From contig NIVC01001920.1 in NCBI GenBank assembly GCA_002269645.1, positions 1,203-65,202 of the forward strand: a stretch of DNA of 64,000 nt, in the 5' to 3' direction. A model generated the notes under the pieces. That model was given only the letters and a program-made list of their open reading frames with translations, searched no databases and was not told the DNA's origin. Positions 54,591-64,000 of the stretch are shown here, piece by piece. This stretch comes from Macrostomum lignano (taxonomy: Eukaryota). The translations under genes were made by a program, and so were the position numbers. Within the stretch, counting starts at the first letter, position 1; every line of letters starts with the position of its first letter.

Positions 54591-55692
54591 CTGACACAAC
54601 AAGATGATTGAGCTGAATCTAAGTTCGCTGTGCAATTCAGAAAACTGTTATGCATTAATCTATTTTAAATTTTGTTGATTAACACGCCTCACTTGGCCCC
54701 TGTTGTGCCCCAACTTCACTAGTCAGTTATTTAGTCAATTTTAATGCTGCAGTATTTCTCCGCATGTACAAATCTGATACTATAAAAGATATTTTCAAGC
54801 TGCCGACATTCACTGTTTTATGCATATTATATGCGATTAAATATTGAATAATTAGCCTTTTTTACTATTCTGTAAACCGCAATTGGTGTCTGTGTATTCC
54901 TCTCCTATTTAGCTAATAAACGTGTTGTTGTCGCAGCAGTGCGCATAGAGTCATACTTTTAATTCTGAATCTCTTTCTAATCTGGCTGCTATGACCTGCT
55001 AGTCCCTATGACCTGGATTATCATGTACATATAAAGAATGCTATTTTTCATTATCTATTGCATCCATACTATACTCTAGTTATCCATCTATCTATGCCTA
55101 CACTTGTGTCTGGTTTGTTTTGCCTTCATATTTTTAAATAAGAACAATTCACCGAATAAGAACAGCACTCACTGCTTTTTGTTCTGCGACCATCCCTCCG
55201 CCAGCCCCCAGCCCCCCAGCTGGCACGCAACATACTCTTAAATAATTAACGAAATCGAGACTCGAATCTTTTTAATTAAAATAGCCCGTATTATCCGGCA
55301 TGTATTGCTAACTAATTAGGTTATTAATATTTCATTACCACTACTTGCTGCTCTATTCATATTAACTGCAGTTTGTGATTTCTAATTTTATTTGGCAACA
55401 CAAAAAACCAACAGCTAGTTTCCTGGCTGTACAAGCAGGTATAAATGTATTGATTAATAAATATATGCGCATAATTATCCGTAACAAGGCGAGTTTGCGA
55501 ACATTTTCGATGTCTAAAAATAGCATTATAATTCAACTATACTTTTAGTTTCTGCTAAGTTATTTTTTCATTTTATGTTCTCCATTTCTGGCAATTCTGG
55601 CAAGTAACTTGCACCTGTTCCTTTCTCTTTAGTATATTTTCTCTAGACTTTTCTCATTTTATGAGAAAGCACTATCTAACGTATGTGAGAAA

Positions 55693-56165
55693 GCACCAAG
55701 GGGCGCCAGCACCAAGGGGCACCAGCACCAAGGGGCGCCAGCACCAAGGGGCGCCAGCACCAAGGGGCGCCAGCACCAAGGGGCGCCAGCACCAAGGGGC
55801 GCCAGCACCAAGGGGCGCCAGCACCAAGGGGCGCCAGCACCAAGGGGCGCCAGCACCAAGGGGCGCCAGCACCAAGGGGCGCCAGCACCAAGGGGCGCCA
55901 GCACCAAGGGGCGCCAGCACCAAGGGGCGCCAGCACCAAGGGGCGCCAGCACCAAGGGGCGCCAGCACCAAGGGGCGCCAGCACCAAGGGGCGCCAGCAC
56001 CAAGGGGCGCCAGCACCAAGGGGCGCCAGCACCAAGGGGCGCCAGCACCAAGGGGCGCCAGCACCAAGGGGCGCCAGCACCAAGGGGCGCCAGCACCAAG
56101 GGGCGCCAGCACCAAGGGGCGCCAGCACCAAGGGGCGCCAGCACCAAGGGGCGCCAGCACCAAGC
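55693..56165. repeat. 16-bp minisatellite GCACCAAGGGGCGCCA
   Basis: About 29 copies with a single variant. Confidence 0.97.
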
Positions 56166-58934
56166 AAGGATTTACCACAGACAGTCTCTCGGCGAGTGAA
56201 AAATATTGCGCCCGCCCGATGGCTTTGCACTGCGGAGCCAATAGGGTTTTGGCCATAGACATTCTCAGCGGACGGGCTGCCATGTTAATTTCCAATCGAG
56301 GCCCGCTACTATAGAGACTGAAAGCGCTGAAAGCACTAAAATAAAAAAGCCGAATAATAAAGTAAATTGCCAGGCACCCAGGCCGATCGGAGTGGCATCA
56401 ATCAGCCTTGCTGCTCAAGCCGCCCGAGTTGATGGAGGGGCCAGTAGGGAGAAGAAGAAAGTCGGAGTCGGAGAGGCTGCTGCTAAAGGGGAGACTGGGA
56501 GAACGATTGGAGGGAACACACAGACACACACAGAAAGAGTGGGGAGATGGCGCTCTATTTTTATCCCATTTATTTGCATCTGACGTCAGGAACTGCCGAG
56601 GAGGCCGAGCCGGGTCTGGGAGGAGGGAAAGGGCTGGGAGGACACTGGGGGGGGGGGGGGCAGAACAGTTTATTTATCGACGCGGTCAATGCCGAATAAA
56701 TTTGCGACCGTGCACGGTGCAAGGCAGTAGACAAGAGGGCGGGCGGCCCGGGCTGCACTTGAAGTAGGGCAGCCGGCGTGCCGTCAAATACCATTCGCTG
56801 GCCCGCCGAAAAAAGGCTTTTTTAAAGAATTATTTTTGTTAATCTGAACCGCTTTCATCCTCTTGTAGGAATGAATGCATATTTCTTGAGTATTAAGTGG
56901 CTATGAGATGGGTCGGGGCGGGGCTGTCGCAGATAGAGCTTGCTCCCGCAGCACAGGCTGTCCCCTTTTCTTGATTGTGTGTTTCTCGCATATCGGCGGG
57001 AAGGGAGGAAGACTGAGGAAACGCAATACACGGGAGCGGAGATCAGTGCAGGGTGACAGCGGCAGCTTCAGAGGGTCGCTCGAGTTGAGCCGTAGCGGAC
57101 ATGTTAAGGAGGCGGGCAGCAGCAGACAGGCAGCGTAGCGGCAGCGGTGGGTTGGGGAGGCCTCGGAGACTGGGGGAAAATAGGAGGACTCGAGAGGCGT
57201 ACAGGTCCGACCTGGGAGTGCCGGAGGATCCGATCTGCACTTGCTGAGAGACAGTGGGATGGGGATCGGGGAGAGAGGGAGGAGAAAGGGAAAGCTACCC
57301 CCCCCCCTCGTGGCAGGCACTGCCTCTCTCTGTCTTCCCCATGCCTTCAGCCTCATTTTCCCCTTTTCCCCCCGAGCTCAGCTCAGGGAAAGGGAAAGAG
57401 GGTTGACGTGATGGACGTGATGGTTCCTCTCCGCCTCCTCCCCCCAGCTCTGCTCCTTCCTAAGCAGCACTCCTGGCTCGCTCCGCTCAGCGGCGTCTTG
57501 CTACGACGGTCGCAGAGCCAACGTTCTGCAGTCTGAATACTTTTGTTTGGCGCAGAAGTCTATCGCGGATAGATATGCAACCCGTACACAGCCCCCGACT
57601 GATACGATTTTTTTGCATTTCTCATGCACGATTCTACTGATAGTAGCTATGCCTCAAAGTGTTCACATTAGATAGATATGTATCTCCCCTCGCTACCCTC
57701 GACCTTCTGCCATCTCCTCCCCCCCGCTGCCCTCTGCCCTCTCCTTCCCCCCACTGCCCTTTGCCCTCTCCATCTGCTGCCCTCTGCTATCTCGTTCCCC
57801 CGCTACCCCTCAGCTATCCCCTTTCCCTGCTGCCCTCTGCCCTCTCCTTCCCCCGCTACCCTTTGTTATCTCCTTGCCCCTTAGCGAGCAATAACTGAGA
57901 AGGGCGGGCAGCAGGCGCAGCCGTGATTCTGATAGCATGGAACACTGAACTAAGAGCTGTTTTATTTGAAACAATACGCGAAACACAAAGCGTGACAGTC
58001 CAGACAGAATGCAGCTGTTATATTAATTTGATATTCCAGCAATAAACAACAATAGCCAAAAGACAGAAAATGTTTGTAATAAATAAATCGCAGCTGACAA
58101 AACTGGAGATAAACAGTAATAAATGAATAAAAAATGATCTGCTTACATGACAGGCGATTACAAGATGTTAAACAAGGTCAGTCAATTAGGCACAACAAAT
58201 ACTTGGACTCGCAATAGAAAGTTGTACAGAAACAATTATAAGGAAAGTTAGACAGAGGCAAAGAGAAACTCCACAACTCAGTAGGGAGAGTAAAATATCA
58301 GCTGCAATAAGCGCGCAGCCTACTCATAGTAGAGCGGTAAACAGTTTCGAGAGAAAAAGCACACAAACTTGACTAGGCCTCGAGTTGAAGAAATCGCGCT
58401 GAAAAAAACATTGTGCCCATTAATTGATTCGACATAAAAATAAAGCAAGCTTATAAATTGTAAATAGCGGACATGCAGCCTAAATTTGATATAAATATAT
58501 AGTTAGGAAAAGACGTTCTAATTTCAATAAAAATAACCTGATTTATTGTGCAATTATCACCGCTGCTACGCTGCAGCCTTGTGCATGCATACAGATTAGC
58601 GTAACAAATTAACTGTGTCATAATAACACCTGTTTTCATACTAAACTTCACCACCTGGAACGCGAATAGACAGCCTTAGTCTGAGTAAATTTCTACAATA
58701 GAAAATAATTAGAAAAGGAACAAAAATGGTGCGCAGCTTTGATACAGATTTGACCAAGACTCAGTCTCTGGGTCAGCTAGATAGAACACTGCGCGTGCAG
58801 CGTCGGCCCAAGCCTTCAAGTGTTGAGGGGGCTTTTCTCTATGAACACCGACTTTGAGAAGTTGAACAAATCTTATGAGAAGCTTATGTAAGTTTATGAG
58901 TTATTTGGGTTGGGCCCGAGCCGTCTGGTGTGTT

Positions 58935-60170
58935 GCTTTGCCTTTCCTGGTGTGGGTTTTCATGGTGTGGGTTTTTCTGGAGTGGGTTTTCCTGGTGTGG
59001 GTTTTTCGGGAGTGGGTTTTCCTGGAGTGGGTTTTCCTGGTGTGGGTTTTCCTGGAGTAGGTTTTCCTGGAGTGGGTTTTCCTGGTGTGGGTTTTTCTGG
59101 AGTAGGTTTTCCTGGTGTGGGTTTTCCTGGAGTGGGTTTTCCTGGTGTGGGTTTTCCTGGTGTGGGTTTTTCTGGAGTAGGTTTTCCTGGTGTGGGTTTT
59201 CCTGGAGTGGGTTTTCCTGGTGTGGGTTTTCCTGGTGTGGGTTTTTCTGGAGTAGGTTTTCCTGGTGTGGGTTTTCCTGGAGTGGGTTTTCCTGGTGTGG
59301 GTTTTCCTGGTGTGGGTTTTCCTGGAGTGGGTTTTCCTGGAGTGGGTTTTCCTGGTGTGGGTTTTCCTGGAGTGGGTTTTCCTGGTGTGGGTTTTCCTGG
59401 AGTGGGTTTTCCTGGTGTGGGTTTTTCTGGAGTGGGTTTTCCTGGAGTGGGTTTTCCTGGTGTGGGTTTTTCTGGAGTGGGTTTTCCTGGTGTGGGTTTT
59501 CCTGGTGTGGGTTTTCATGGTGTGAGTTTTTCTGGAGTGGGTTTTCCTGGTGTGGGTTTTTCTGGTGTGGGTTTTCATGGTGTGGGTTTTTCTGGAGTGG
59601 GTTTTCCTGGTGTGGGTTTTTCTGGTGTGGGTTTTCCTGGAGTGGGTTTTTCTGGAGTGGGTTTTTTCTGGAGTGGGTTTTCCTGGTGTGGGTTTTCCTG
59701 GTGTGGGTTTTCATGGTGTGGGTTTTCTTAGTGTGGGTTTTCCTGGTGTGCGGTTTCCTGGTGTGGGTTTTCCTGGTGTGGGTTTTCTTAGTGTGGGTTT
59801 TCCTGGTGTACGGTTTCTTGGTGTAGGTTTTCTTGGTGTGGGTTTAATCGTGTGAGATTTATGGGTGTGGGGTTTCCTGAAGTCCTGGTCTGGGTTTTCT
59901 TGGTGTGGGGTTTAATGGTGGGATTTCCTGGTGTGGGTCTAATGGTGTGGGGTTTAATGGTGGGATTTCCTGGTGTGGGGTTTAATGGTGTGGGATTTCC
60001 TGGTGTGGGGTTTAATGGTGTGGGATTTCCTGGTGTGGGGTTTAATGGTGTGGGATTTCCTGGTGTGGGGTTTAATGGTGTGGGGTTTAATGGTGTGGGG
60101 TTTAATGGTGTGGGGTTTATTGGTGTGGGGTTCAATGGTGTGGGGTTTAATGGTGTGGGGTTTTTGGTGT
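58935..60170. repeat. 15-bp minisatellite GGWGTGGGTTTTCCT drifting to GGTGTGGGGTTTAAT
   Basis: About 80 copies with a left-to-right gradient of unit sequence. Confidence 0.95.
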
Positions 60171-61444
60171 GCGGTTGAATGATGTGGATTTACATGTTGC
60201 GTAGTTAGTTGGTTTAATAAAGTGTCCTTACATTTCCTATGTGCTTCCATTGTTAAGAGGTTAAGCAAATTAAATTTTCGCAATGTATTGCTAGGAATAA
60301 AGGCTATATTGTAAACTTTGACAGTAAAAACCGACAGACGGACACAAACACGGAATAAATGGTGCTTAGTCTCAAAATTTTTGTTTGCATAATTCGGTAA
60401 ATAATTTATAGCGATTAAATTCGACAATATTGCCACATAGATAACACGTATTGTATGTCAGGCGGGCAGGACACAAAAAAAGTAAATAGACGCGGATGCC
60501 CAATTCTCTGATAATCAATATAATTATTTGTTGGTCATTAAACTCGGCCATTAAAAGCTAATTAAGAGAAAATGAATGCCGACCGGACTGGAGGCGAAAT
60601 TGGATTCTCTTCTTCGACTTCTTTCAAGTTGGCATTCAATGTTATTCTCTGATAGGTGCAAATCCACACGTCACATTTGTGTCACATGGCATGTAAACAG
60701 TAAAACTTATTTCAGTTCAGTGAGAAACGTTTAATAGAAGTATTTTAGTGTATATTAGGACAAGATCGGTTTATTGGCCCTCTTACACCCCTGGCTGAAC
60801 CCCGCCCCAGATACTAGAATAACTAGATGGGCCACTCAGCACATTTGCGTGCAAACTACTTTCAATTCAGTAGTATAGGTTAAACAGAAGCATTTTAATT
60901 TATTTTAAAGCCAAGGCTCATCTATTGGCTCTTACCTCTCAGCTTAAACCCTCCAACTGCGCTTTTCCACACTACCCCCCCCGCAGGCCCGCACCCCAAT
61001 TTTTATTGCCTTTCTCGGAATTCAGCCTAAAGCTACTTATGTACATTTCAGTGGACTGGCTAATGTAAATTACTGCTGAACCAATTAGCAAGTAGTTTAC
61101 GCCAGCAAGCTTTGGCTTCTAAACTTATCAAAGTAAATTCAGCTGCCTTTATTTTTATTAAATAAGCTTATGCATTCTTTTTGCTACTGAACTGAAAGTA
61201 GAAAGCTGTTTTACTAAATTATAAATGCCTGAGTGGCCATCTAGTCATTTTACTCGTAGTATCAGTGAGCCCCTCAGACCGCGTCTTTCGGCACAAAATC
61301 TCTTACCAAGCCTCAGACCACCCATTTTTATTGCCTTCCCCGGTATGTTCCAGCCTTGGCCCCGCCATCTACATTCTCAGTGGCTCTGGCTAATGTACAT
61401 TGCGGCACGTACACCAATAATAGTAAATTGTTTACGCCTGCAAG

Positions 61445-61726
61445 TCACTCCAAAACTGCCTTTCTTTTCATAAAAAAGCTTACGCATTCTTCACTGCTAC
61501 TGAACTGAAAGTAGAGAAACTGCATCCATGCATGGAAATAGATTCTAGTGACAGACAAAATGCCCGCTTTGAGTTCAGACATCCACAAAAACTCCGGATT
61601 AACGTAGGAGAAGCCGGTGAACTCAGTCTGGTCCAGGTTCATGATGAACAGCTTGTCAGTTGGCGTCAGTTTGGCCGCCTCGTCTGTGAACTGACGATCG
61701 AAGTTGCTGACGTCGCGGGCAGATTT
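61445..61726 (-). CDS. Protein kinase C (conventional-type) terminal exon, AGC C-terminal domain; upstream exons lie beyond the window
   Basis: Minus-strand acceptor CCCCTCGCGCCAG| then KSARDVSNFDRQFTDEAAKLTPTDKLFIMNLDQTEFTGFSYVNPEF, containing the turn motif LTP and hydrophobic motif FTGFSY typical of cPKC. The stop position is uncertain (see finding at 61445-61600). Confidence 0.85.
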   Translation of the reverse strand, partial: KSARDVSNFDRQFTDEAAKLTPTDKLFIMNLDQTEFTGFSYVNPEFLWMSELKAGILSVTRIYFHAWMQFLYFQFSSSEECVSFFMKRKAVLE

Positions 61727-62015
61727 CTGGCGCGAGGGGTGCATGGGGCGTGTTTTTGGTATCTGGCTATACGGTATACATTATATTACACAGGAGGCTT
61801 AGCTTGCATTGCTTTAACTGTACAGCTGTTTACAATAATGAATATATATTCGAATATATCAAGGATTCAAAAAAGTGCTGCTAACAGTCGATTAAAGTCA
61901 TAGTTTGAGATGTCTTGGCTAATGCAATGTCTGCTATTTAAAATTTCCTAACCTGAACTTGACCCAACTGATTTTTATGGTATTTTCGAGGAAATCGTTC
62001 GACTAAATAATTTTT

Positions 62016-62941
62016 TGGTCTGGTCTGGTCTGGTCTGGTCTGGTCTGGTCTGGTCTGGTCTGGTCTGGTCTGGTCTGGTCTGGTCTGGTCTGGTCTGGTC
62101 TGGTCTGGTGGTCTGTCTGGTCTGGTCTGGTCTGGTCTGGTCTGGTCTGGTCTGGTCTGGTCTGGTCTGGTCTGGTCTGGTCTGGTCTGGTCTGGTCTGG
62201 TCTGGTCTGCTGGTCTGGTCTGGTCTGGTCTGGTCTGGTCTGGTCTGGTCTGGTCTGGTCTGTCTGGTCTGGTCTGGTCTGGTCTGTCTGGTCTGGTCTG
62301 GTCTGGTCTGGTCTGGTCTGGTCTGGTCTGGTCTGGTCTGGTCTGGTCTGGTCTGGTCTGGTCTGGTCTGGTCTGGTCTGGTCTGGTCTGGTCTGGTCTG
62401 GTCTGGTCTGGTCTGGTCTGGTCTGGTCTGGTCTGGTCTGGTCTGGTCTGGTCTGGTCTGGTCTGGTCTGGTCTGGTCTGGTCTGGTCTGGTCTGGTCTG
62501 GTCTGGTCTGGTCTGGTCTGGTCTGGTCTGGTCTGGTCTGGTCTGTCTGGTCTGGTCTGGTCTGGTCTGGTCTGGTCTGGTCTGGTCTGGTCTGGTCTGG
62601 TCTGGTCTGGTCTGGTCTGGTCTGGTCTGGTCTGGTCTGGTCTGGTCTGTCTGGTCTGGTCTGGTCTGGTCTGGTCTGGTCTGGTCTGGTCTGGTCTGGT
62701 CTGGTCTGGTCTGGTCTGGTCTGGTCTGGTCTGGTCTGGTCTGGTCTGGTCTGGTCTGGTCTGGTCTGGTCTGGTCTGGTCTGGTCTGGTCTGGTCTGGT
62801 CTGGTCTGGTCTGGTCTGGTCTGGTCTGGTCTGGTCTGGTCTGGTCTGGTCTGGTCTGGTCTGGTCTGGTCTGGTCTGGTCTGGTCTGGTCTGGTCTGGT
62901 CTTGGTCTGGTCTGGTCTGGTCTGGTCTGGTCTGGTCTGGT
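62016..62941. repeat. (GGTCT)n pentanucleotide microsatellite
   Basis: About 185 copies with rare indels, in the PKC intron. Confidence 0.98.
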
Positions 62942-64000
62942 TTCCAGGTGTCTAACAGGTGTCCATTTCTAACACAGGTGATTTCCAGGTGTCTAACAGG
63001 TGTCCATTTCTAACACAGGTGATTTCCAGGTGTCTAACAGGTGTCCACTTCTAACACAGGTGATTTCTAGGGGTCTAACGGGTGTCCATTTCTAATACAC
63101 GTGATTTCGGGTGTCTAACAGGTGTCCAATTCTAACACAGGTGATTTCCAGATGTCTAACAGGGGTCCATTTCTAACACAACGTGATTTCCAGGTGTCTA
63201 ACAGGTGTCCATTTCTAACACAGGTGATTTACAGGGGTGTCTAACAGGGGTCCATTTCTAACACAGGGATTTCTAGGGGTCTAACTGGTGTCCATTTCTA
63301 ACACAGTGATTTACAGGTGTCTAACAGGTGTCCATTTCTAACACAGGTGATATTTCAGTCTAACAGGTGTCAACATCATACACTGCAGTGATCTACAGGT
63401 GTCTAACAGGTGTCCATTTCTAACACAGGTGATTTACAGGTGTCTAACAGGTGTATTTCTAACACAGTGATTTACAGGTGTCTAACAGGTGTCCATTTCT
63501 AACACAGTGATTTCCAGTGTCTAACAGGGTCCATTTCTAACACACGTGATTTCCAGGGGTCTAACAGGGTGTCCATTTCTAACACAGGTGATTTCCAGGG
63601 GTCTAACAGGTCCATCTTCATTTTAACACAGGTGATTTCCAGGTGTCTAACGGGTGTCCATTTCTAACACACGTGATTTCCAGGTGTCTAACAGGTATCC
63701 ATTTCTAACACATGTGATTTCAGGTGTCTAACAGGGTCATGTCCATTTCTAACACACGTGATTTCCAGGTGTCTAACAGGTGTCCATTTCTAACACAGTG
63801 ATTTCCAGGTGTCTAACAGGGGTCCATTTCTAACACACGTGATTTCCAGGTGTCTAACAGGTGTCCATTTCTAACACAGGTGATTTCCAGGTGTCTAACA
63901 GGTGTCCATTTCTAACACACGTGATTTCCAGGTGTCTAACAGGTGTCCATTTCTAAACACGTGATTTCCAGGTGTCTAACAGGTGTCCATTTCTAACACA
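62941..64000. repeat. 41-bp minisatellite TTTCCAGGTGTCTAACAGGTGTCCATTTCTAACACASGTGA
   Basis: About 25 copies running off the window end, many with small indels. Confidence 0.93.

Noticed and set aside
56350-57560. GC-rich block with several overlapping ORFs (56392-56794, 56901-57536); similar block at 49400-49860
   Set aside because: No recognisable domain, no consistent frame or splice structure. Possibly a retroelement UTR, but I cannot support a call.

Overview
Eukaryotic (animal) genomic DNA, roughly 40-45% tandem repeat by my hand tally. GC-rich, low-complexity-rich exons and a different minisatellite in nearly every long intron resemble the flatworm Macrostomum lignano; the species is an inference only. 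Five spliced genes were reconstructed by hand from GT-AG junctions and phase. (1) PCYT2 (+): the 5' exon lies before the window, and there is a +1 frameshift near 1982. (2) A complete 8-exon SLC22-family transporter (+, 579 aa). (3) A two-exon orphan single-pass membrane protein (+, 419 aa). (4) A complete 10-exon diacylglycerol kinase theta (+, 992 aa). (5) The last exon of a conventional-type protein kinase C (-), convergent with DGK-theta. Mobile elements: a tRNA-derived SINE with target-site duplication, a MITE with 14-bp TIRs and an 8-bp TSD, and non-autonomous Helitron-like elements carrying satellite arrays and TTAGGG tracts. Most long ORFs in the supplied track are artefacts of tandem repeats. 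No CRISPR array, rRNA, genuine tRNA or prokaryotic system is present. The most notable observations are minisatellites built from splice signals (one amplifies an exon end plus its donor about 22 times), satellite-carrying Helitrons, a 50-bp hairpin array, and the co-location of genes centred on diacylglycerol metabolism and signalling.
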